From: Phoronis australis
Taxonomy: Eukaryota > Animalia > Phoronida
Direction of reading: 5' to 3'
Assembly: GCA_002633005.1 (NCBI GenBank)
Contig: NMRA01001015.1
Location: 1 to 64,000, forward strand
DNA: 64,000 nt
Below are positions 43,101-53,100 of this stretch, in pieces. The notes beneath the pieces were generated by a model. It was given only the letters and a program-made list of their open reading frames with translations, ran no database searches and was not told where the DNA came from. The position numbers and the translations under genes are program-made. Position 1 is the stretch's first letter. Each line of letters begins with the position of its first letter.

Positions 43101-44642
43101 GATTCGAAGTATAATAAAGAATAGCGTTGCGTTTCAGGTGGTTGTGACAACTTGGTATTTGACCACACTGTGTCTTTGGCATTTTTTCTCGGGACGTCAG
43201 TGAACCGCGGATAGGGCACAGGTTTGTACAAGAAACTCGTGTGTTGGTGGACATGGCACACTGGCGAGGGGTACGTTCATACTTCACACTCTTGTCTGTG
43301 GAGTTAAGAAACATTCCATTTAAGGTCACTTTTTTCTATTGTCTCTGTTTTGGGATATTAAATTCACGGTTGTGATATGGCAGTGCTCTAAAGGAAGGCT
43401 TAATGTAGTTATTTGTCAAAACAAGGTAAATGGTAGTTTAACACACTTTCATGCAGTTCTTTTTTCACCGAGAACTGAAATGCTTCTTTTACAAACAGCA
43501 ATTTTAGTCTTGTGAGCGCAGCACGACTTTTCTCATAAACAATCAGCATTGCTCACGGTACTGTATACTCTCGATTAACAATGCGACACAGTTAAGATTA
43601 GAAAATCTATGACTAACTGCAAAAGTGATATACCATAATCCCATGATTACACCAGATGTCAAAGTCACTTGGAGCCTGTTTCTAGAAGAGACTATTGGTT
43701 TTTAACTTTAACTTAAAGTCAGAACTCTGACTACAAATTTCCAAAAATTCTAGTTGATCTTTTGTGTTTTGCGTTCCTCGAAACTTTTCAGTAAATTGTC
43801 TTCTGTCAAGTCGAGCAGACAATGGATTTTTGTTTTGTTTTTTTTTTTTTGTCTCCGAGTTGCAGACAGATTTTTTGACTATCTACCTTAGCCTGCTCTT
43901 GTGAAACAGGATTAACCATCTGTAGGCTTATTTTTAGCCGAAAGTCATAAGACTCTTTGAGAAACATGCCCCAGGTGGCGACAGCTGTCTCGCCCATTAG
44001 TCGGCTCAACTAGAACTACCAAAAAGCATATGTTAAGTTAGTAGAAGAAGGTATCAAAAGCCGAAATTGTCGCTTTGTGTTACTTTTAACGACCGACATT
44101 ACCTTAAGACACCGCATCTGGTCACACGTGATGGAGATAATCTGAGAGGATTTTCGTAAGATAATACTCTAGTGATGGCTTGCGAGGTAAATGTATGATG
44201 GCATAATTACTAAATGTGAGAGCACTCAAAATAAAAACCATACAGTAGTTACAGGCCATAGGCCTATCTGCACTAATCATGTCTTGAAGAATAGTAATGT
44301 ACCAAAACGTTGACAGCCTGGTTGACGACTTAAAATACTCACTTTAATGGTTTTGAACTCCGTCTTCCAAGGCCAAATAAGCAAATTCATAGCATAAGAA
44401 AAGAGCACCGCAAAAGCCGTAGAAAACTGCTTCAAGGACTCCCTGTCCTTATGTTGTTTAATTCGGACGAATTCTCGGCGAATCTCCTCAAATTTCCATT
44501 TGTCCTTGTCCTTACACGAAGACAAGTATTGGGTAACTTTAGATCGGATTTTTTGCGGGACCTCTTCCGATGGGCCACTGTGATCGTAATTTCCAACTAT
44601 AAGTTCATAGAGTTCCGCTCCATAGCGGCTATTACCGCCCAT
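40191..44642 (-). CDS. SPATA2: SPATA2/Tamozhennic-like PUB-domain protein, ~415 aa (exons 44642-44343, 41138-40191)
   Basis: Spliced sequence AFAVLFSYAMNLLIWPWKTEFKTIK|TYGGYYNIYIKSVL...MGY resembles the SPATA2 PUB core (NLFLYPWKKEFRSIKTYTG). PIM-like DDEDLY downstream. An acceptor at 44657 implies an upstream exon; both termini are uncertain. Confidence 0.8.
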
Positions 44643-46066
44643 AACAATGCTAACATCTGAAAATACAGGACGCTGTTATAAACAACAATTCATACATTAA
44701 TGATGTATTTTGCCCTGTTTGACTCGTTAAAAACGGAAATTGATTCAGGCCTTGCACTCTCATCGCCATAGGATTCCATTTCAATAAACAAGAACATGGC
44801 GACATCATCAGCGACTCAACAAAAAGCCTCAGAGTTAACTGGGGCTGACCAAACCCTTAAATTGCTAATTCGCCGGCGCAACTTCATTTTCTGACAATGT
44901 CCTGAGCGGCTATCGGAAACAGAATCCTGCTACGGTAGAGTATTTCGAAACCCGAATTGTGACAAAATAGGCCCAATCCCGCGATTTTCATTAGCTAGCT
45001 AAGGGCGAACGGAAGTATATTGTATCGGGGTTTTGATGTACGCTCTATTCCTGGTTATCTCTTCCTAGTTCTATCGATTTTTTACAAACAAACGCATTAA
45101 ACTTTTACTCAATTTAAACGATACAATAAAAGTGTCCGAGCACACCCGCCAATGAACGTACACAGAACATCTTTCGCCTGATATCCACCGTACATAGTCC
45201 GAAAAGGTCGAGTGAGACCAAAGGTAGTAAGGGCTCATGATCTTGCAACATTTGACTTCTTCAGAGTTACTTCAGTTAAGTTACCAAGGAAAGCTTCTGA
45301 CGTTTGTTTGTTTTGTTTTTTTTTTATTTTGTAAAACTACGTTAAGCAGGCCTTTGGCAATTCACCGTATAATTTCTGACTTTAATCGAGATCAATGTAT
45401 GTTGGTTCAGACCAAAATGACCGACGCGAATTAACTAACTGACATATGTTACGGGCAACAACCGTCTATGCAAAAGCAAATGGGTCTTATTTATGGAGCC
45501 TAAAAAATAGAAATAGTCCTTATTTCCCTGAGCGACATCCCCACTCGCCATCCCCGGTACTGTTGGCAATTTTTTTAGCCTGAGTCAGTCTCCCGGGCCA
45601 CTAATTTCCCTGTTTTTGACCACGAGTAACAGAACAGCTGGCGGCATAGTATTCGGCAGGTAGTTCAGTTTACACTGCCCGGCGGTACTTTTTTAGATTT
45701 GAAAACTAAGCTTAGGTATCGCAGACCACGACTGTCTTCAACTATTAAATGCCATTGCGTGAACTCAGTTTGCTGTACTTGAGCAGAAGGTACAGTGATC
45801 CCGAGGCGACATTACGAGGTAGTCACAGGTTCAAGTGACTTTTACGCGAGTAGTCCACCAGAGTCACGTGCCGGGCATTAGGCCTATATATTTTGTCTTT
45901 TGTAGATCCCTACGCCGGCGAAGCCGCACTGTCATCCCGCCGACGCAGTAGGCTAGATCTATAAATGCAGGCCTAAATGAAAGTATATATAAAATATATG
46001 ATCAAATCAGTCATCAGTGCCTAAACTTCACTAAGTCCATGAATATATCCAGTCATGATCAGTATT

Positions 46067-46224
46067 CAGTGGCGGATTTAGAGGGGGTCAAGGGGGCCAT
46101 CCCCCCTAAAATTCTCCCAGATTCCATGAGGCAGTTGGGGGCTGCGAATGTCTGACGGGCAAAATCCTGGCTAATACTCTGCTGTGGCCCCCTTAACCGT
46201 CTCAAAATCCTGGATCCGCCCCTG
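46067..46224. mobile_element. MITE, CAGTGGCGGAT...ATCCGCCCCTG, 5-bp TSD
   Basis: TIRs flanked by GTATT on both sides. Confidence 0.85.
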
Positions 46225-46453
46225 GTATTACTGACGAAACACATTGCATTTGATTCGAGATACGAATCATTCAGTCGAGCTCAAAATGATTTTCACACTT
46301 ACCGGGTTCAAAAAACCTGTAGAGTTTAGACACCGTAGTGCCAAACAACTTCTTCTTCCAAGTTCAACTGATATGCAATGAAATCAAATGGCGCGATAAG
46401 AGGATCACGTGATCAGTTGGGTTTTCCCGTGACCTCATACTGACAGCAAACAT

Positions 46454-47496
46454 TGTCGTGAACGTGTATTCTCTCGTTGTGTGGCGTCATGTGGTGTTGT
46501 CTTTGTTCGTCTCTGTGTGTGTGGTGTTGACATAGTGAGCCAGTGATAGGTCACGTGACTCTGGGCACGAGGGGGAATCGGGGAGTCTATGAAAGGGTGT
46601 GGACCTAGATAGACGATCTGGAGAGTGTAACTAGAAGCGCTCTTACAAGTGTGACACTGATGGCAAGCCCGGACAAGAAGTTGGGTAAGTTGGCTGTCTC
46701 TGAGGAATTATAGGCCGCGTTACTATAATTGGCGTAGTCGCCGGCAGGATTCAAGAGTGCCAACTTATAAACCGTGTGTGAGTTTTTCGCGCCGGTACCC
46801 TTCCGGGAGTGGGAGGGTAATTTGTATACCAAGTGCGTTTTCGCGTGTAGCTAGCCTATATATTACTGTCGTTACTGGTTATTTGTTGTAATCTTGTTGT
46901 GAGTAAATACTGCATGTCCATTTGATTCCGTGCGCGGTTCTCAGTTCCTATTTGATATTGGTCCTAGGAAATATTAAACTTGCGGGTTTGATATTAGTTG
47001 ATAATTATGGCTGCCGGGAAGGTGTCTATTAATTTCTGTCCCGCGGGAGAGTTGTTAGAAATTCCAGGGGTTTCCGAGGAAATTGCTAAAGATATTTTGA
47101 AGTTCCGGTCATCCACTCAAGTATTACCGGAAAATGTTAATTATATTAATTCAGGGTGGAAAGTCACTAAGGCGGTCCGTAATACTATTGATTTCAGCGC
47201 GAGTCCAGAGGACGAATTTCACAAAATTATCGAGGTATGTGAGGAATTCGAGAAACATGCTTTTAAGCCTGCAAAAACAAAGAGTGCAGGTCATACTCCC
47301 TCTTCGGCAAAGATGGCCGCAAAATTCCCGGGAAGCACAAATGCAAGTTTGGAGTGTAAACATGATATCAGATCACATGCTCCCAGTAAGCTAGTTTTTT
47401 CGGGAAAAAGGGGAACATGGGAGGACTTTCAATGGAAGTTCCAGAGTTTGGCACGTGATTATTTTTGGCCGACACATAAGTGTCGCACTGAGTTGG
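46454..47496 (+). mobile_element. Second, truncated copy of the Gypsy element: 5' LTR (46454-46727), PBS, leader and gag 5' part
   Basis: Same LTR/PBS/gag sequence as 48171-49210 but a different 5' flank (ACAT) and a diverged LTR. Intact gag ATG at 47007. Ends at the n join 47497. Confidence 0.9.
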
Positions 47497-47527
47497 NCTC
47501 AGATTTTGCATGCACCCCGTCCTACAT

Positions 47528-48016
47528 CAGGGCTTGGAATGACCAATGACAAAAAACACGGAAACCTTTACGGGCCCAAAACATGCGCGCTACCTAGCCT
47601 TGAAATGGTCAATGTGAACTTTACGACTAAAAAAAAGGAAAAAAAAAAGTTACCAGCAGCAGTAGCATGAGTCTGTGTCGTTTTAGCTCGTCCGTCCACT
47701 TCCAACCCACACATTTTTGGCTGCAAAGCCGTAGTGTTTGTCACCGCGGTTTACAATCACACGAGCACCATTGAAAATCCCACCACGCTATCCCAGATGC
47801 CCCGGCAATGTTGACAATTTACGTTCCTCCGAAACATAAAGAGCAACTGCTGCATTTCGAGGTGAACGTCGTCTGCAATGGCGCTGTAAGAAAGGAATTT
47901 GCCGCGGAAATTTTATATCAAATCCGATTTTTTTATACGGAAATATAATAAAATGCGCGGACAGAACATTTTTAAAAAGCGGAAATCCGCGTTTCCGCGG
48001 AAAATTCCTAGCCTTG
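47528..48016. mobile_element. Non-autonomous TIR element with 6-bp TSD
   Basis: CAGGGCTTGGAA...TTCCTAGCCTTG imperfect TIR flanked by CTACAT on both sides. Confidence 0.7.
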
Positions 48017-48170
48017 CTACATGTTGATACAGGTTTCACGGTGAGTTGATGAGCAGAACTACCCTGGCTGTGTGCAATTTCGGGGTATACGGAAGAAAAA
48101 CACACAGTGATACCTAGCTGTACTTTACTTTGACGATAGTCTTCATACAGCTAGCTGAACAGTGGCGGAT

Positions 48171-48446
48171 TGTCGTGAACGTGTATTCTCTCGTTGTGTG
48201 GCGTCATGTGGTGTTGTCTTTGTTTGTCTCTGTGTGTGTGGTGTTGACATAGTGAGCCAGTGATAGGTCACGTGACTCTGGGCACGAGGGGAAAAATCGG
48301 GGAGTCTATGAGAGGGTGTGGTGAAAGATAGACGCTCTGGATAGTGTAACTAGAGGCGCTCTCAAAAGTGTGACACTGATGGCAAGTCCGGACAAGAAGT
48401 TAGGTAAGTTGGCTGTATCTGATGAATTATAGACAGCGTTACTATA
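48171..48446 (+). repeat. 5' LTR
   Basis: TGTCGTGAAC...GTTACTATA; direct repeat of 57622-57897 (about 8 mismatches by eye). Confidence 0.95.
48379..48403 (+). CDS. Putative coding mini-exon in the LTR (MASPDKKL) spliced to ORF3
   Basis: ATG GCA AGT CCG GAC AAG AAG TTA G|GTAAGT: consensus donor, phase 1, in frame with the acceptor at 55251. Confidence 0.65.
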
Positions 48447-48448
48447 AT

Positions 48449-48468
48449 TGGCGTAGTCGGCAGGATTC
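48449..48468 (+). promoter_or_regulatory. Primer-binding site, tRNA-Ser
   Basis: TGGCGTAGTCGGCAGGATTC, 2 nt after the LTR, is complementary to the 3' end of eukaryotic tRNA-Ser (GAATCCTGCCGACTACGCCA). Confidence 0.88.
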
Positions 48469-48722
48469 AAGAGCACCAACTTATAAACCGTGTGTGAGTT
48501 TTTCGCGCCGGTACCCTCCCGGGAGTGGGAGGGTAATTTGTATACCAAGTGCGTTTTCTCGTGTAGCCAGCCTATATATTACTGTCGTTACTGGTTATTT
48601 GTTGTAATCTTGTAGTGAGTAAATACTGCATGTCCATTTGATTCCGTGCGCGGTTCTCAGTTCCTATTTGATATTGGTCCTAGGAAATATTAAACTTGCG
48701 GGTTTGATATTAGTTGACAATT

Positions 48723-50136
48723 ATGGCTGCCGGAAAAGTGTCTATTAATTTGTCCCGCGGGAGAGTTGTTAGAAATTCCAGGGGTTTCCGAGGAAATTGC
48801 TAAAGATATTTTGAAGTTCCGGTCATCCACTCAAGTATTACCGGAAAATGTTAATTATATTAATTCAGGGTGGAAAGTCACTAAGGCGGTCCGTAATACT
48901 ATTGATTTCAGCGCGAGTCCAGAGGACGAATTTCACAAAATTATCGAGGTATGTGAGGAATTCGAGAAACATGCTTTTAAGCCTGCAAAAACAAAGAGTG
49001 CAGGTCATACTCCCTCTTCGGCAAAGATGGCCGCAAAATTCCCGGGAAGCACAAATGCAAGTTTGGAGTGTAAACATGATATCAGATCACATGCTCCCAG
49101 TAAGCTAGTTTTTTCGGGAAAAAGGGGAACATGGGAGGACTTTCAATGGAAGTTCCAGAGTTTGGCACGTGATTACTTTTGGCCGACACATAAGTGTCGC
49201 ACTGAGTTGGGGTTGTGCCTTGAGGGGGATGCAGCTCGGTGGTTTTCTAATTATATAAAAGAATATCCGGGGGCAGAGTTTGATGACATCATCGAGATAA
49301 TGTCTAATAGATTTGGATCCGAGGTGGAGAGTATTGAGGTACATCAGCTTCGTTTCCATTCAGCATTTCAAGAGAGGGATGAGTCTCTTGAACAGTGGGC
49401 AGATCGCCTTACTAGTTTGTTCCTCAAGGCTTTTCCGGACCCCAGGCCTTCGGATAAATCACAGTCAGTACTGAGGTTTTGTCTGGGAATGCGCGATAAA
49501 GATGTGGCCCAATTCACAATTAATAATAAACCAGCGACTGTTGTTGACGCATTGACATCGACTCGTTGGTTTTCGACCACTAAAAACCTAATGCATGCAT
49601 CGCCCAGGTCAGTGACATTTCGTCGCGAATCTTATGCCGACGATGTATTCGAGAATGTCGACGTGAGACAGGTTAATCGTAAGCCTAGTCTTAAATTTAC
49701 CCCGCGAGATACTATTGAGTCGCGGTTGGACGCCCTTGAGGGGAAATTCGCGTCCCTTGAATCATCTAGTCTTGAAATGCAATCGGATATTGTTTCCCTG
49801 AAATCAGACAATTCTCAAATTCACAAGAAAATAGACCGCATGAAGACTGAAATGAATAGCAATTTCGGTGACATAACAAATAACTTCAATAAACTATTTT
49901 CAATACTACAAACTCAGTCGCCGAGACGACCGCAGGAGTCGAGGGAACAGCGGTTATCGCCGAATTCTCCGAGGTCTGACATTCGTCAGCGAAATTCACC
50001 AGGTTCTTCACCTAAATGTCCATATACACCGAGGTGTTTTAAGTGTAATCAACTGGGGCATTATCAGAGTAATTGTCCATCGACGTCGGCACGTAGGGCT
50101 AGTGTGGAAAGCAATGAGGGTGATTTAAATGCCTAA
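48723..50136 (+). CDS. gag: Gag with N-terminal HhH motif, capsid-like region, coiled coil and CCHC zinc knuckle (2-nt deletion near 48750 relative to the upstream copy)
   Basis: LEGDAARWF, QERDESLEQWADRL, CFKCNQLGHYQSNC. ATG context matches the intact copy at 47007. Confidence 0.9.
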
Positions 50137-50185
50137 GGACTGGGCGATCGGGTCTTACCCCAGTCCGTAGTAAGTGCCAAGACCC
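50124..50185 (+). promoter_or_regulatory. -1 programmed ribosomal frameshift signal (slippery site + H-type pseudoknot)
   Basis: In-phase T TTA AAT at 50124-50130 and a 6-nt spacer. Stem 1 GGACTGGG(50137-44)/CCCAGTCC(50159-66); stem 2 GGGTCTT(50150-56)/AAGACCC(50179-85). The -1 frame is open into the protease ORF. Confidence 0.8.
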
Positions 50186-53100
50186 TCCTGATGTTGCGAA
50201 ATTAGTTGGCCTCGTGGGGTGCATCAAGAAATTTGTTAAAAAGCTTAGTCGGGACTCCAATTCATCGGAAACGGATTGTTCCTTTGAGAGAAAAACTTCT
50301 GCCGATTATCATAAATCTGTTTCAGAGTTAAGTAGTCCTACAAATTCTAACGTAACGGAGAGTGTATCTTCAGACAAGATGTGTGGGGAAACGGTTCCGG
50401 TTATTGTTGAGGAGGTGACGAACAGTTATGAGATTGTGATAGATTCATTACACATGAATTCACAAAGTAACTCTCCATCTGTGTCGGGAGAGCTGGTTCC
50501 ATCCGGCTCTGTTCCGGTCAAGATGTCAGTCGAGGCTGATAGTTTCTTCGATTCCCTAGAGACTGTTGGAGTAAAGAAGACTGCAACGGGTAATATGTAT
50601 TATATACCGATTAGAATTAATGGCACTGTGGTTGATGCCATTATTGATTGCGGAGCTGACAGCACCATAATCTCGCACCGGTTGTACAATTTGTTAGACA
50701 ACGTTGCTTTTTCACATAACATTAATGTACAAACGGCTGGAGAAGATATGGCTATGCTAGGTTTTCGAACGCAACCAGTAACTCTCACGTTTCAGCATCA
50801 GACCTGTGATGTTTCATTAGTCGTGGCTAATATTAACGATGAGTGTTTATTAGGTCTGGATGTTATGAAACGGCTAAATGCAGTTATTAATATGAAAAAA
50901 GATTGCATCACGTTGGATAACAAAACTTCAGAAATGAAGTATGGTTTCCCTGCGAAGCTATTACCTACTGTAGTACTGGCTAGGTCTGTTAGTATACCTC
51001 CAAATACTGTGAAACGGGTTAAGTGTGTAAAAAACCCAAAATTTCAGTCAACAGTTTTGGTTGAGGCCGATTTGATGAATCTGGATCCGCGATTATCAGT
51101 ACCTCGCGCTTTGTATGATTTTGAGGATGAGCCAGCTTTGATGATTTTCAACACTTCGGAGCATCAAGTTAGGCTGGTGGCTGGGTCATCACTGGGTTCA
51201 GTACAAAATGTGGATGAATGGACTGAGGTTCATTTGAATTCCGTTACTCCCTTGGATGAAGATGATGTTTCGGCTTGAAAAGTTGTTGATCAGTCAGATG
51301 TCAATAAGTATCAGATTAGCTTACCATCCAAACTTCAGGGCCTTTTTGACAAATCTAAAGTTTCACTTTCGGATGACGAGTCGTCAAAATTACATACATC
51401 GATTACTTTCTGATTATACCGATGTATTTGCAGCCGATGATATGGATTTGGGCAATTTTACAGCCGTAGAGCATGTAATTGATACGGGAGATGCTCAACC
51501 AATAAAAATGGCTATGCGGCGTACTCCGAGTTGTTTCATTTCGGAGGAGGAGGGTCATCTAGACAAAATGCTCAAGGCTGGCGTGATTACTCCGTCTACG
51601 AGTGAGTGGGCTGCGGCTCCGGTTTTAATTAGAAAGAAAACTGACGGTTCAGTCCGGTATTGCATCGACTACAGGAAGCTAAATCGGGTAACCAAAAAGG
51701 ACTCCTGGCCTTTACCATTGATAGACGAGTGCATTGATTTACTTGCGGGTAATGTGTGGTTTAGCAAATTAGATGCTAATTCGGCGTACTGGCAAATCAA
51801 AATACGCGAAGAAGACCGTAAGAAAACGGCTTTCATAACTAAATATGGCCTTTTCGACTTCAAGTCAATGCCTTTTGGGCTCTGTGGGGCTCCCTCAACC
51901 TTTTCACGGGCAATGAGTTTAGTTCTGCGGGGGCTAAACTGGCACACAGTTCTTGCTTTTCTCGACGACATTTTGGTCTTGGGTTCTAGTTTTGACGTGC
52001 ATTTAAACAACCTGCGGGAGGTTTTTGATCGTTTTAGGAAATATCAAATGAGATTGAAACCCAAGAAATGTTCATTGTTTCAAAAACGCGTTGATTTCCT
52101 AGGACGATGGGTGGGCCCTGAGGGGTTAGAAATGGGTCAAGATAATATTGACAAGGTAAAAACCTGGCCTGTTCCAAGAAGTAAAAAACAGTGTCAGAGT
52201 TTTCTTGGTTTCGTAAATTATCATCGTCTTTTTATCAGGGATTTTGCTCGCATTGCGATGCCACTTTACGAAGTCACTGGGTCCTCTCCCTTTGCGTGGG
52301 TGGAGAAGCAGCAATTAGCTTTTGAAGAGCTTAAGGTGGCTTTAACATCGCCACCCGTGCTGTCGTTACCCAATAATTATGATGAATTTATCCTCGATTG
52401 TGACGCTTCTGATCTTGCGATTGGTGCTTGTTTGTCACAAGTTCAGAATGGCGAGGAAAAGGTTATCTCGTATTCGAGTTTTGCGTTGGTGGATGAGCAA
52501 AAACGGTATTGCATGACTAGGAAGGAATTATTGGCTGTGGTCCGTTTTACTCATTAATATCGACATTATTTGCTGGGTCGGAATTTCCGCGTGCGGACGG
52601 ATCATAACAGCTTAACATGGTTGTTGAATTTTAAATCTTCAAGTGGTCAGATAGCGCGTTGGATTCTGCAGCTGCAACAATTTCCGGGTATGAAGATAGA
52701 GTATCGGCCGGGTATAAAGCATATTAATGCAGATGCACTTTCCCGTATTTCTGTAGATATTTGAAGCAACTATAAACTGGGAGTTTCTCCAGAACTGCTT
52801 CCCTGCGGGGGTTGTGCAAAATGTCAAAAAGCTCATAATGACTGGTATAGTTTTTCACAAAAAGTTGATGATTCAACATCTCTTGGTAGCGTGGTGGTCA
52901 CAAAAGTAGATAAATGTATTGGTACAGGGAGACAGGTAATTACGGCTTCTGTTGGAAGTCAAGAGTCGGATTTGTCTCGGTATATACCTGATGATCTAGC
53001 AGAGCAGGAATTTGGATTGGCTGTGGTTAATCCAAATCTTTCAAATTCGAGTGATAGTGTTTTTGTGGAATCGGAATTTTGCGTTGTCAACAACAACTCG

